Assembly (NCBI GenBank): GCA_964489445.1
Contig: CAZAYU010000002.1
Location: 77,020 to 141,019 of the forward strand
Length of the DNA: 64,000 nt
Direction: 5' to 3'
DNA from: an uncultured Planctomycetia bacterium
Lineage (GTDB): Bacteria > Omnitrophota > Gorgyraeia > Duberdicusellales > 4484-171
Shown here: piece after piece, positions 45,297-55,795 of the stretch
Layout of the letters: every line of letters starts with the position of its first letter
Numbering within the stretch: position 1 is the stretch's first letter
Position numbers and translations under genes: made by a program
The notes under the pieces: generated by a model
Told to the model about the DNA's origin: nothing
Database searches by the model: none
The model's input: only the letters and a program-made list of their open reading frames with translations

Positions 45297-46818
45297 GTTC
45301 TATATTACAACCCCATTATATTATGTAAATGCCAGCCCGCATATCGGTCATGCGTATACAAATGTTATTGCTGATTGTTTATCTCGCTTTAAAAAGACAT
45401 GTGGTGATCAAGTTTTTTTTCTAACTGGAACTGATGAGCACGGAGAGAAAGTGAAAAAGATGGCTCAAGCTTCTGGCAAAGATATTGTCGAGTTTACAGA
45501 AGAGAAGTCATTGGTGTTTAAAGATTTATGGAAAACACTTAATATATCTTATGATTATTTTATTCGGACTACGTTTCCATTTCATGAACAAGTTGTTCGG
45601 GAGACAATTAATTTTTTGTTTCAAAAAGGCGATATATACAAGGAAAAATACAAAGGATTTTATTGCACTCCCTGTGAATCATTTTGGACTAATTCTCAAT
45701 TGTCGGATAAGAAAAATTGTCCTGATTGCAAGAGAGGTTTAGAATTAATTGAGGAAGAAAATTATTTTTTCCGGCTTTCTAAATATCAAGATTGGTTGAT
45801 AAAACATCTTATTGACAATCCTAATTTTGTAAGGCCAAGCACGAGGTACAATGAGGTTGTTTCTTTTTTAAAAATGAACAAGCTGGATGATCTATGCATA
45901 TCTCGTCCCAAAAAACGTTTATCTTGGGGAATTAATTTTCCACTAGATGATAATTATGTTGTTTATGTTTGGTTTGATGCATTGCTTAACTATGTCAGTG
46001 GTGCTGGTTTTAAAACTGATGATAAAAAATTTAGTCAATTATGGCCAGCAGATATTCATCTTATGGCAAAGGACATTTTAAGGCATCATGCTATTTTTTG
46101 GCCAATTATTTTAAAAGCATTAGAGCTAAAAATTCCTAAGATGATTTTTGCCCATGGTTGGTGGAAGAAGGATGAAGCGAAGATGTCCAAGTCAATAGGG
46201 AATATTGTTGACCCGAATGATTTGGTTAAGATAATTGGAGCAGATGCAGTAAGATATTTTTTGTTACGGGAAATTTCTGTAGGGTCAGATGGAAATTTTT
46301 CTTGGCCGGCAATTATTAATCGGGTAAATAGTGATTTAGCGAATGATTTAGGCAATTTAGTGTATCGGACGCTTAATATGGCAGAAAAATATTTTAATGG
46401 AGTAATTGTTTCTGAAATATGTGATATTCCTCCTGTATTTGAAAAAACCATCAATAGTCTACACTCACAATATATCGGGCATATGAATAATAGCCAACTA
46501 TCATTAGCGCTTGAGCGTGTATTTGAATTTATCGGTATAATGAATAAATATATTGAAGACTCTAAACCCTGGATTCTCTGGCGGGAGAAGAAGGAAATGC
46601 AGATTAAATATTTTCTTTTTTCTTTGTTGGAGGGAATTCGTATTGTTTCTTTATATCTTTATCCATTCATTCCTCAAACTGCTAACTCTATTAATCGACA
46701 ATTGGGGCTCAAAGAAGATAATTTTAATTTCCAAGATATCGCCTGGGGGACAGTTAAAAGCTTTACAGTTAAAAAAGAATCTCCACTTTTTCCTCGCGTT
46801 GAACAAGAGAAAGAGTAA
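45289..46818 (+). CDS. metG: Methionyl-tRNA synthetase, short form. The start was set to the ATG for MSKFYITT; the track ORF begins 30 nt earlier, inside ricT.
   Basis: HIGH-region PHIGHAYT, zinc knuckle CPDC, and KMSKS. Confidence 0.9.
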   Translation: MSKFYITTPLYYVNASPHIGHAYTNVIADCLSRFKKTCGDQVFFLTGTDEHGEKVKKMAQASGKDIVEFTEEKSLVFKDLWKTLNISYDYFIRTTFPFHEQVVRETINFLFQKGDIYKEKYKGFYCTPCESFWTNSQLSDKKNCPDCKRGLELIEEENYFFRLSKYQDWLIKHLIDNPNFVRPSTRYNEVVSFLKMNKLDDLCISRPKKRLSWGINFPLDDNYVVYVWFDALLNYVSGAGFKTDDKKFSQLWPADIHLMAKDILRHHAIFWPIILKALELKIPKMIFAHGWWKKDEAKMSKSIGNIVDPNDLVKIIGADAVRYFLLREISVGSDGNFSWPAIINRVNSDLANDLGNLVYRTLNMAEKYFNGVIVSEICDIPPVFEKTINSLHSQYIGHMNNSQLSLALERVFEFIGIMNKYIEDSKPWILWREKKEMQIKYFLFSLLEGIRIVSLYLYPFIPQTANSINRQLGLKEDNFNFQDIAWGTVKSFTVKKESPLFPRVEQEKE

Positions 46819-46821
46819 AAA

Positions 46822-47598
46822 ATGTTGATTGACGCGCATTGTCATTTTAATTCACTTTCTAAAGATAAGATACACCAGGTTGCCTCTGCTTGTTCAGAAA
46901 ACTATTGGTTTATTGATTCCAGTATTGACAAAAAGAGCTCTCAAATTTCTTTGGAAATATCTGGTAAATATGATTTCATTTATTCCTCTTTAGGGTTTCA
47001 CCCTTTTAGCTTAGAACAATATACTTCTCAGGATATTAATGATTATCAAAAGATGGTTTCAAATAATAAAAAAATTATAGCTATCGGGGAAATTGGCTTG
47101 GACTATAAAGCTAAAACTTCCCTAAGAAAACAAGAAGAAACTTTAAAAGATTTTCTTCAGTTAGCAAAAAAAAATAATTTAGCGATAGTTATTCATAATC
47201 GGCTAGAGCTTTTTGAAAAAAGAGAAGACTTGCGAATATTAAATATTTTAGATAGTGTGGTTTTCAATTATCCAAAGGTTATGTTCCATTGTTTTTCTTA
47301 TTCTCCTGATTTTTTACAGGAAGCTATCAAACGCAAAGTATTCATTTCGTTTTCGCTTAATATTTTAAGAAACAACAAAAATATTATTGCTTCTTTAAAA
47401 CAATGTCCATTAAACAAGCTTATCCTAGAAACTGATTCTCCGTATATGCGAATTAACAATTTGCCTTCTAGTCCGTTGAACATTTCTGAAGTCTATTCTC
47501 ATGTTGCTTCAGTTCGAAGTATCAAAGAAGAAGATTTAGAGGATACAGTGCTTAGTAATATTAATAGTTTATTTTTTAAGGAAAAAGGGGCAGAATAG
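46822..47598 (+). CDS. tatD: TatD-family metal-dependent hydrolase/DNase.
   Basis: MLIDAHCHFN start and the TIM-barrel TatD layout. Confidence 0.8.
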   Translation: MLIDAHCHFNSLSKDKIHQVASACSENYWFIDSSIDKKSSQISLEISGKYDFIYSSLGFHPFSLEQYTSQDINDYQKMVSNNKKIIAIGEIGLDYKAKTSLRKQEETLKDFLQLAKKNNLAIVIHNRLELFEKREDLRILNILDSVVFNYPKVMFHCFSYSPDFLQEAIKRKVFISFSLNILRNNKNIIASLKQCPLNKLILETDSPYMRINNLPSSPLNISEVYSHVASVRSIKEEDLEDTVLSNINSLFFKEKGAE

Positions 47599-47693
47599 AT
47601 ATTGGTTATGATGGTATCTAAAGTTAGGTGGGAGTCCTTATGGCTAATATGATAAAATAAGTTGATTCGTTCTTTAGTCTGAAATATTGTGCT

Positions 47694-48713
47694 ATGAATA
47701 AAAAAAGAAAAAACACTAAAGACTCCCAATCATTAAGGATGGTTCTTCAGGAATTAAACGATAATCCTTATCGTCAGTTCAAGGTTGCTTTTTGTTTAAC
47801 GAGCTTGATACCGTTTTTGGTATTTTTTTATCTTTTAGTTGGAAGAATTGGTACTTTTGATGTTTTAACTGGCAATATTGGCTGGATATTGGGAATAACT
47901 GTTTTTATTGTGGTTTGTGGCTTTTATTTTGGCTATATAATCATTAAAAAGATTTTAAAGCGAGTTATATTTTATGCGATAAAAGCAAAACGTAGTGATC
48001 AGTTAAAGTCGGTGTTTGTTGCTTCTGTTTCCCATGAGTTAAAAAATCCCCTTTCGATAATTAAAATGAACCTTTTCAATATGCTAAAAGGCTTAGCTGG
48101 AGAGATAAATAATGAACAGAGAAGGATAGTTGAGCTTTGTCGCAATGTAACTGATCGGATGAGTTGTTTAGTCAATAACCTTTTAGATTTGCACAAGATT
48201 GAAGTAGGAATGGTTGAAATAAGAAGAGAGCTTTGTGATTTTACGAATATTTTGGAGACACAGGTACGTGAGCTTGAAAGTGGAATTAAAAAGAAAAATA
48301 TAAAATTGGTTAAAAATTTAGTTACAAGTAATTTATTCATGTGGTTAGATGGGGATAAGATTACCCAGGTGGTTAATAATATTTTAGGAAATGCTGTCAA
48401 ATATACACCGGAAGGTGGCAGGATTACATTAAATGTCACTTGTAATCAGGAATTAGTTCGGTTAGAATGTGCAGATAGTGGCTCAGGAATACCGGCAGAC
48501 AAAACAGAAAAAATATTCGATAAGTTTGAAAGAATTGGTAGTTTAGAAGAAGGTACTGGGTTAGGTTTAGCAATAGCTAAAGATATTGTTGAGTTGCATA
48601 AGGGAAGAATTTGGGTTGAAAGCCTTCTTGGTAAAGGCAGTAACTTTATTGTGGTTTTGCCGCGTAACTTAAGACGGACTAAAAAAGAGAACAATGCAGG
48701 CGGACAAGAGTAG
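47694..48713 (+). CDS. Membrane sensor histidine kinase (HisKA plus HATPase_c).
   Basis: Two N-terminal transmembrane helices, the H-box VSHELKNPLS, and G1/G2 boxes (GSGIP, GTGLGL). Confidence 0.8.
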   Translation: MNKKRKNTKDSQSLRMVLQELNDNPYRQFKVAFCLTSLIPFLVFFYLLVGRIGTFDVLTGNIGWILGITVFIVVCGFYFGYIIIKKILKRVIFYAIKAKRSDQLKSVFVASVSHELKNPLSIIKMNLFNMLKGLAGEINNEQRRIVELCRNVTDRMSCLVNNLLDLHKIEVGMVEIRRELCDFTNILETQVRELESGIKKKNIKLVKNLVTSNLFMWLDGDKITQVVNNILGNAVKYTPEGGRITLNVTCNQELVRLECADSGSGIPADKTEKIFDKFERIGSLEEGTGLGLAIAKDIVELHKGRIWVESLLGKGSNFIVVLPRNLRRTKKENNAGGQE

Positions 48714-49089
48714 AAAAATATTAATCATTGAAGACGAAGAAGAATTAGCTTTTGGGTTGGCTATTTTTTTAAAATCACGGGGGTACTCAGTGGTGATTGC
48801 TAACGATAGCTTGCACGGAATAAGTTTGTCTCACAAAGAAGATGTAGACTTTGTGATTTTGGATTTAGGGCTTCCGGCCGGCGGTGGTTTATTCGTTTTA
48901 GAAAATTTAAAAAGATCAGTCGATACTATTAATATACCTGTTGTAATCGTGACTGCTAGCCAAGATCAAGAAGCCCAGAAAAAGGCTTTTAAGCTAGGAA
49001 TAGAAGCTTATTTACAAAAGCCTTTTGAGCCTGAGGACATATTAAGTTATATTGAAAAAGCTATTGGCAAGAATAATCCTTCTTTTTAA
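48694..49089 (+). CDS. Single-domain response regulator (CheY-like receiver).
   Basis: ILIIEDEEE...DFVILDLGLP...VVIVTA receiver motifs with no output domain. Confidence 0.8.
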   Translation: MQADKSRKILIIEDEEELAFGLAIFLKSRGYSVVIANDSLHGISLSHKEDVDFVILDLGLPAGGGLFVLENLKRSVDTINIPVVIVTASQDQEAQKKAFKLGIEAYLQKPFEPEDILSYIEKAIGKNNPSF

Positions 49090-49100
49090 AAAATAAAATA

Positions 49101-50135
49101 ATGCGTGCTTTAAAATTCAAGGACAACCGTCTTTTTTATTTAGATCAAGCTCAGCTTCCTTTAAAGGAGATTTGGCGGGAGTGTAAAAGCTTAGAAGTCG
49201 GATTTGATGCGATAAAAAAATTAAAAGTACGCGGAGCTCCATTAATCGGTGTATTTGCAGCGTATTGCGTCTGCATACATTTACATAATTTATCGCAAGA
49301 GAAAACTAAATTTCTAAAAGAAATAAAACATTGCTTAAAATATTTAAAATTCTGCCGACCTACAGCTGTCAATTTATCTTGGGCTTTGTCTAGATTAGAA
49401 AAAATAATTTATGCTAATCAAAAACAAAGCTTATCAGAAATAAAAAAAGAAATTTTGAATGAGGCAAAAAAAATACATAGAGAAGATATTTATCTGTGCA
49501 ATAAGATGGCGGATTATGGTGTTGAACTTATTTCTAAAGGAGATAGAATACTAACCCATTGTAACGCTGGGTTTTTAGCTACTTCTGGAGAAGGAACTGC
49601 TTTGGCGGTGATATTTAAAGCAAAGAAAGTTTATCAAAATATCAAAGTCTACATGGGCGAAACACGCCCTTTGTTACAGGGAGCTCGCTTAACTGCCTGG
49701 GAAATGCTTAAGAAAAAAATACCGGCAGTTTTGATTTGTGACAATATGGCTGCGCATTTTATGCAGCAAGGGTGTATTGATAAGATTTTTGTCGGAGCTG
49801 ATAGAATTGCTGCCAATGGTGATGCAGCAAATAAGATTGGCACTTATAGCTTAGCAGTTTTAGCTAAGTATCACAAAATACCGTTTTATATAGTTGCTCC
49901 CTTTAGCACTTTTGATTTAGGTTTATCTACGGGAAAACTTATTCCGATTGAGCAACGTGACCCTGAAGAAGTTAGCAGAGTAATGAATACATTGCAAATA
50001 GCCCATCATCGAGTAAAATCTGCAAATCCCGCCTTTGATGTTACTCCGAACAAGCTAATTACGGCGATAGTTAGTGACAAGGGAATAATCCTTCCGCCGT
50101 TTAAAAAAAATATTGCCAAGGTAATTAAAGAGTAA
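49101..50135 (+). CDS. mtnA: Methylthioribose-1-phosphate isomerase / eIF-2B-family isomerase.
   Basis: Full-length eIF-2B alpha/beta/delta fold with a conserved Cys/Asp catalytic region (LTHCNAG). Confidence 0.7.
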   Translation: MRALKFKDNRLFYLDQAQLPLKEIWRECKSLEVGFDAIKKLKVRGAPLIGVFAAYCVCIHLHNLSQEKTKFLKEIKHCLKYLKFCRPTAVNLSWALSRLEKIIYANQKQSLSEIKKEILNEAKKIHREDIYLCNKMADYGVELISKGDRILTHCNAGFLATSGEGTALAVIFKAKKVYQNIKVYMGETRPLLQGARLTAWEMLKKKIPAVLICDNMAAHFMQQGCIDKIFVGADRIAANGDAANKIGTYSLAVLAKYHKIPFYIVAPFSTFDLGLSTGKLIPIEQRDPEEVSRVMNTLQIAHHRVKSANPAFDVTPNKLITAIVSDKGIILPPFKKNIAKVIKE

Positions 50136-50300
50136 TTTTTTCTTAGATTATCTCAGATACGCTTAGTGGCAATTGATTGGATTTTGAATTACAGCAGAAA
50201 TAAATTTTTTAATAAAGTGTCGTGTTTTTAAAATTTTTGCAATTTACGCCCGGAATATTTGTAATAAAAAATTGTAGCTATTTAGATGGATAGAAGATGC

Positions 50301-50329
50301 TTGATAGTTGCTCTTAAGTATCTTATAAT
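50301..50329 (+). promoter_or_regulatory. Sigma-70-type promoter upstream of tsaE: TTGATA-N17-TATAAT.
   Basis: -35 box at 50301..50306, -10 box at 50324..50329, spacer exactly 17 nt. About 100-nt leader to tsaE. Confidence 0.5.
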
Positions 50330-50435
50330 GGCAGAAAATATAGGTTCCTTTACTACTGTACTGGGAATAAACTATCATAAAAAAATTATTATATTTAAGG
50401 TGAGAGCTCAGTTTGTATAGATTAGGTTATCAAAA

Positions 50436-50936
50436 GTGAAGCTAAAAGAGAAAGACTTAAAATTTAGGATCAACAGTGATTCTGTAGCTTGCACAATTGC
50501 GTATGGAAAGGTTTTTGCTAAAACCCTGAAGGAGAAAGATGTAATTATCCTTGAAGGAAATTTAGGCGGCGGGAAGACCGTGTTTACTAAAGGGGTATTA
50601 AGCGGGCTTGGTTATAAAGGAAGAGTACAGAGTCCATCATTTACTTTGATTCGGAAATACAAAGTAAACAGTCTCGAGGTTTATCATCTTGATTTGTACC
50701 GCTTAAAATTAAAGGATATGTTTAATCTGGGAATAGATGATTTTTTGTATACTCAAAAGACAATAACATTAGTTGAATGGGGAGGGAAGATAAAACAAGA
50801 TTTAGACAGATACTTAAAAATAGAGTTTTTATTTTTAACTGAAAGTAGCCGGCAGATTAGCTTTTATGCGAAAGGCTATTCTCAAAAAGAAATTAATTTA
50901 ATAAAAGGAACCAAACATGCAGTTGTTGGCTATTGA
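50436..50936 (+). CDS. tsaE: tRNA t6A biosynthesis ATPase TsaE (YjeE).
   Basis: P-loop GNLGGGKT. Confidence 0.8.
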   Translation: MKLKEKDLKFRINSDSVACTIAYGKVFAKTLKEKDVIILEGNLGGGKTVFTKGVLSGLGYKGRVQSPSFTLIRKYKVNSLEVYHLDLYRLKLKDMFNLGIDDFLYTQKTITLVEWGGKIKQDLDRYLKIEFLFLTESSRQISFYAKGYSQKEINLIKGTKHAVVGY

Positions 50937-51579
50937 TGCTTCAAGTGAAAATATTTCTGTTTGTATTAGGCGCAACGAAAAAGAACTAATTAATATTAAC
51001 CGGCGGATAAAATTTGGGGCTTCCAAGCTGATAAGTTTTATTGATCAGAGCCTAAAGAAAACACACTTAGAACTGGAAGATTTTGATGCATTTATAATTG
51101 GCAAAGGTCCGGGGTCATTTACGGGTTTGAGAATATCTTTTAGTGTGATTAAGGCATTTACGATGGTCTTGGGTAAGCCGGTTATTGGGGTAGGTAGTTT
51201 TTTTTCCTGCGCTTATCCCTTGAGAAAGGTAGCAGAAAAGGTAGCAGTTGTCTCTGATGCTCGAAGAGGGCTGTATTATTTGGCACTATATAAGAGTAAA
51301 GGAAAAGTGTTTAAAAAAGATGGCAAAGAAAGGTTAGCTACGATAGAGGATATTTTGAAAATAGGAAGAGAATATCTTTTTGTTACTTACGACTCTAAGC
51401 TGAGAACACAGATTTTAAAACTCAAGTCAAATATTAAGTTTTATTCTCGGGATGTGTATCCTCAGGCGAAATATCTTTTACCAGAGGCAGAAAAGTGTTA
51501 TGCCGAAGGTAAGTTTATTCCAATCGAAAAGCTTAAACCACTATATTTGCATCCTAAAACATGCCAGATAAGGAGATAG
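50917..51579 (+). CDS. tsaB: tRNA t6A biosynthesis protein TsaB (YeaZ).
   Basis: MQLLAIDAS start and an inactive Kae1-like fold. Overlaps the tsaE end. Confidence 0.75.
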   Translation: MQLLAIDASSENISVCIRRNEKELININRRIKFGASKLISFIDQSLKKTHLELEDFDAFIIGKGPGSFTGLRISFSVIKAFTMVLGKPVIGVGSFFSCAYPLRKVAEKVAVVSDARRGLYYLALYKSKGKVFKKDGKERLATIEDILKIGREYLFVTYDSKLRTQILKLKSNIKFYSRDVYPQAKYLLPEAEKCYAEGKFIPIEKLKPLYLHPKTCQIRR

Positions 51580-51583
51580 CTTT

Positions 51584-52699
51584 ATGATTAGGCCGTTGTG
51601 GATAGATGTGGATTTAAGAGCTTTAAGGGGTAATTTTAAGGCTATTAAGAATTATGTGGGGCCGAAGATTAAAATTGCTGTTACGATAAAACAGAATGCT
51701 TATGGTTATGGGTTTCTCCCGGTAGCCAGAGAATTGGCTGGTCAGGGAGTTGATTTCTTCGGAGTAGGAAGTTTAGAGGAGGCGATTACTTTAAGGAAAG
51801 ATGGGTTTAAAGGAGCAATACTTGTGCTAAGCTCTATATTGGATGAATTTGCTAGTATTTTCATTCAAAATGACATTACTCCAACCGTAGTTGATTTAAA
51901 ATTTGCCCAAAAATTAGATAAAGAGGCAAAAAAGAATAATAAAGTCATCTCGGTACATATAAAGGTCGATACTGGTATGGGCCGGCTGGGTTTTGATTGC
52001 CAGAAGTCAGAGGATTTTATTAAACAAGTAGCGGAATTAAAAAATGTTTACCCGGAAGGTATTTATACTCATTTTTCTTCTGCGGAAAGCGATCCTGAGT
52101 TTACCAATTTTCAAATCGAACAGTTCAATAAACTAATCGCAAAACTTAAGAAAAAAAATATTAACTTTAAATTTTCTCATTGTGCAAATAGTGTAGGGAT
52201 ACTTAATTATCAGAATGTCCACTTTAATATGGTTAGACCCGGAATTGCTTTATTCGGAGTTAATTTTTTAAGGAATGCCAATTTAAAGTTTAAGCCGGTT
52301 TTGAGTCTAAAAGCGAAAGTTATTTTTGTAAAAAGTGTGCCTAAAGGAAGCGGAGTAAGCTATGGGCGGACGTATATTGCTTCTGAGCCAACAAATATTG
52401 CTACTATTTCTATAGGTTATGCTGACGGTTATCCATGGTCTCTATCTAATCGGGCCAAAGTAATTATTAAAAATAAGTTTTACAAGGTGGCTGGGCGAAT
52501 TTGTATGGATCATACCATGGTAGATTTAGGAAAAACAACGTTGGTCAAACCGGGAGATGAAGTGGTTTTGATCGGGAAAAGCAAAAATTTAAAAATAGCT
52601 GTCAATGATTTAGCATGTTGGGCTCAAACTATTCCTTATGAAATAATTAGCCGGCTTTCATTAAAAATACCCCGCGTTTATAAATTTGCCTCTGCTTAG
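51584..52699 (+). CDS. alr: Alanine racemase.
   Basis: PLP-lysine motif VTIKQNAYGYG and the C-terminal beta domain. Confidence 0.85.
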   Translation: MIRPLWIDVDLRALRGNFKAIKNYVGPKIKIAVTIKQNAYGYGFLPVARELAGQGVDFFGVGSLEEAITLRKDGFKGAILVLSSILDEFASIFIQNDITPTVVDLKFAQKLDKEAKKNNKVISVHIKVDTGMGRLGFDCQKSEDFIKQVAELKNVYPEGIYTHFSSAESDPEFTNFQIEQFNKLIAKLKKKNINFKFSHCANSVGILNYQNVHFNMVRPGIALFGVNFLRNANLKFKPVLSLKAKVIFVKSVPKGSGVSYGRTYIASEPTNIATISIGYADGYPWSLSNRAKVIIKNKFYKVAGRICMDHTMVDLGKTTLVKPGDEVVLIGKSKNLKIAVNDLACWAQTIPYEIISRLSLKIPRVYKFASA

Positions 52700-52743
52700 C
52701 TTATGTTTAGCGTTGAGTGTATAAAGTGTTGGTACTTTTGCAA

Positions 52744-53832
52744 TTACTTAATCAGCAGAAGGCCAGTTATTCCTATAGTTAAAAAGAATAACGGAGTAAG
52801 CCAGACGCTAAAGAAAGGAAGGAGTATTCCTGATTTGCCTAAAGCGATACTAAACGAAAATAATACGTAATAAATAAATCCAAAAATAAATCCTACCCCC
52901 AAGGAAGAAAGTGCCACTTTGCGTTTTTTTATTTCTAAAGCTAGAGGAAGAATGCCGATGATTAAGAAAAAATGTGAAAATGGTTCAGCTATTTTCCGAT
53001 AGTAATCAATAATCAAATTAGACAGAAAACTTCCAGCATTTATTTGCTTCAGCCTGTAGATTTCCCTTTTTAGTGTATTCAATGAATAAAATTGTGAAAA
53101 GATACTTTGCTTTAGTAGCAATTCTTTAGGTTTTTCTCTTAAGTCAATTTTTTTTGTTTTCAAATTTATGGGGATATCCAACAATTCTCCTTGCTTGTCA
53201 ATGTTATATTCCATTACATTTTTACCAACCCAAGAGTCATTTTCAAATACAATTCTTTTGCATATTATTTTTTTAACGATTGTTTGATTTTTTCCTTCTT
53301 GGAAGACCATTACATTTGTAAGAGTTTTTTTCGAAGGAGAAAATGTCTCAGCGAAGATAATCATATTTCCGGAAGTAAAGGCAATATTTTTTTCTTCTGT
53401 TTTGGTGTTTGTTTGTTTATGCAAGAATTGTTCTTTTATTTCTTCGGCTTTTCTTTGTGAATGAATGAGTGTTTTTTCTTGGAGAAAAAATATGAATATT
53501 GAAACAAATAAGGCAAAAAATAATGCGGGTGCGGCAATTCTCAAAACGCTTAAACCGGAAGCCCGGATGCTAATAATTTCATTGTTTTTATTTAATTCAC
53601 CAAATGTGTAAAGGGTGCTGATGAGCAATGCCAGAGGGCTAACTTGAAGAATAATCAATGGTATAGAGTATAGATAGTATTGGATAATTTTTAAAAATGA
53701 AGGCTTTGTTTCCAGAATATTTTCAAGGTTCGAAAATAAGTCAATTATAAAATAAAGACCAATAAATATTAAAGCTATAAATATATAGCTGTAAATTATG
53801 TTTTTTAGTAGGTATTTATCGAAAATGCGCAT
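52744..53832 (-). CDS. LPS export permease, LptF/LptG (YjgP/YjgQ) family.
   Basis: Six transmembrane segments with a periplasmic beta-jellyroll insert. Paired with the adjacent paralogue. Confidence 0.75.
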   Translation of the reverse strand: MRIFDKYLLKNIIYSYIFIALIFIGLYFIIDLFSNLENILETKPSFLKIIQYYLYSIPLIILQVSPLALLISTLYTFGELNKNNEIISIRASGLSVLRIAAPALFFALFVSIFIFFLQEKTLIHSQRKAEEIKEQFLHKQTNTKTEEKNIAFTSGNMIIFAETFSPSKKTLTNVMVFQEGKNQTIVKKIICKRIVFENDSWVGKNVMEYNIDKQGELLDIPINLKTKKIDLREKPKELLLKQSIFSQFYSLNTLKREIYRLKQINAGSFLSNLIIDYYRKIAEPFSHFFLIIGILPLALEIKKRKVALSSLGVGFIFGFIYYVLFSFSIALGKSGILLPFFSVWLTPLFFLTIGITGLLLIK

Positions 53833-54907
53833 TTTTCAAGAGGAGAAAACCTCCAATAGAGCCAATTATTAAATTGGGAAGCCACATGCCTAGAAAAGGA
53901 GAAATCAAACGATAGTCAATAAGCGTTTCACCGAGAATAAATAGCAAGTAGTAGGAGATTGCGGCTACAAAAGCAATAACAAAATTAATTGATTTTTCCC
54001 GATGTTTTACTACCAAGGATATTCCAAATCCTAAAATGACAAAAGTAATTACTGAGAAAGAAAAGCTGATTCTTTTGTGGAATTCTGCTTGTAATTCTGT
54101 TGGGTCAACATTTAGTTTTTTTAGGTGTTTTATTTTTTTCCGTAGTTCCTTTAATCTCATATCCGAAGGTTTTTTGTTGATGCTTACTTGTTCTTTCTTT
54201 TGAATCGGAATATCCATAAAAAATACTTTAAAATTAAGACGGTAAAGTTCGGTTTTGTTTTTGGCGACTGTTTCATCCCGGAATCCGTCTTCTAGCTTTA
54301 TTGTCAATATGTCGTTTTCAATTACAAATTCACCTTCCTTAGCGAATATTGTTTTAGTGCTTCCTTGTTTTTCGTCTAGCTCATAAATATAAACATTTTT
54401 GAGTTTGTTTCCATTTTTATCTGTTACATATAGAATGTAGTTTTCGAAATGATCTAAAAATATTCCTGGCTCAATAAACGCAGAAATATTTTTAGAATAA
54501 ATATTTTTCATTTGACTACGATAACGATAGTGAAAGTCAGGAATGAATTGGTCGTTGAGAATAAAAAGGAGCAGGGAAAACATAGCTCCGATTATTAAAA
54601 AAATATTTAAAATTCTAAACAAAGATATTCCGGCAACGCGGATAGCAGTAATTTCGTTATCAGCTATTAATCTTCCCATTACTAGCAGCACACCCAACAA
54701 AAAAGAAAGAGGTATTGTAAAGCCTAAAAGATAGGGAACAAAAAAGGAGAATATTTTTAAAGCATCAATGGCATTGACGCCCTTGCGGATAACCATATCT
54801 GATATCTTCATCAGGTTCCCCATGAACATTACCATGCTAAGGATTAATAAGGAAAATATGGAAACAGAAACGAAATCTTTAATTATGTGGGTTCTGAGTA
54901 TTTTCAT
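53816..54907 (-). CDS. LPS export permease, LptF/LptG (YjgP/YjgQ) family.
   Basis: Same architecture as the adjacent paralogue. Overlaps it by 17 nt. Confidence 0.75.
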   Translation of the reverse strand: MKILRTHIIKDFVSVSIFSLLILSMVMFMGNLMKISDMVIRKGVNAIDALKIFSFFVPYLLGFTIPLSFLLGVLLVMGRLIADNEITAIRVAGISLFRILNIFLIIGAMFSLLLFILNDQFIPDFHYRYRSQMKNIYSKNISAFIEPGIFLDHFENYILYVTDKNGNKLKNVYIYELDEKQGSTKTIFAKEGEFVIENDILTIKLEDGFRDETVAKNKTELYRLNFKVFFMDIPIQKKEQVSINKKPSDMRLKELRKKIKHLKKLNVDPTELQAEFHKRISFSFSVITFVILGFGISLVVKHREKSINFVIAFVAAISYYLLFILGETLIDYRLISPFLGMWLPNLIIGSIGGFLLLKNAHFR

Positions 54908-55622
54908 TGTTGGTTATTGTTTTTGATAAAGTTATTACTGTTATTATTTTGGCCCCATTTTCTTTTAAAACTTGCGAGCAAGAATTAATTGTTGCTCCGG
55001 TAGTAAAGACATCATCGATAAGAATAATATTTCTATTTTTGAGTTCCTTTGCTATCCTAAATATCCCTTCTACATTTTTTTGTCTTTTTTGTCTTTTAAA
55101 TTTTGTTTGAGAAGGTCTAAATTCAGTAACGCTTATTATATCATCACTTAACGGAATTTTAAAATAATTTGACAGCAACTTAGCTAAGAGAAGAGATTGG
55201 TTGTATCCCCGTGCTTTTAGTTGGTGTTTATGAAGAGGCACGGGCACTATGCCGTCATAATTACTGCCATTGAACCCGATTTTTGTTAAGTGACTTATCA
55301 TTAATTGGGAAAATAGGTTTTTAAGGTAATCAAGATTGTGGTATTTAAATGAATGGATTAATGTGGGCATTGGCTCTTGATAAGCTGTAATGCTTATCAG
55401 ATTTGAGTAGTAAATTATTTTTTTAGAGCATCTCTTGCAAGGTGTTATTCTATAATGGAAAAGTTTTCTGAAACAATATGGGCAACGCGGAGGATACAGC
55501 AAAATTATTTTTTCTTTGCATTCTCGACACAAATAATTTTTGGGTATTTTTTTCTTACAGTATGCGCAGAGGCACGGGAAAAATATATTTTTGATTGCCG
55601 AAATATAGTTAATAGCCAACAT
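54879..55622 (-). CDS. comF: ComF-family protein (N-terminal zinc ribbon plus a phosphoribosyltransferase domain).
   Basis: CxxC pairs at the N-terminus and the PRTase motif IILIDDVFTTGATI. Confidence 0.7.
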   Translation of the reverse strand: MLAINYISAIKNIFFPCLCAYCKKKIPKNYLCRECKEKIILLYPPRCPYCFRKLFHYRITPCKRCSKKIIYYSNLISITAYQEPMPTLIHSFKYHNLDYLKNLFSQLMISHLTKIGFNGSNYDGIVPVPLHKHQLKARGYNQSLLLAKLLSNYFKIPLSDDIISVTEFRPSQTKFKRQKRQKNVEGIFRIAKELKNRNIILIDDVFTTGATINSCSQVLKENGAKIITVITLSKTITNNENTQNPHN

Positions 55623-55795
55623 GTTTGTATTTTAAAGAGTTTTCATTCTGTTGCAAGACAAATAAATCATGCTATTATTGTATTTTGGATCTAAGATTTT
55701 TAATTATTTTAGACTATAATTGATTTATCTATTCTTATTTTCTTATTTGTAGTATAATAAATTTTATATTTAGCAAAACTATTTAAATAATTAAA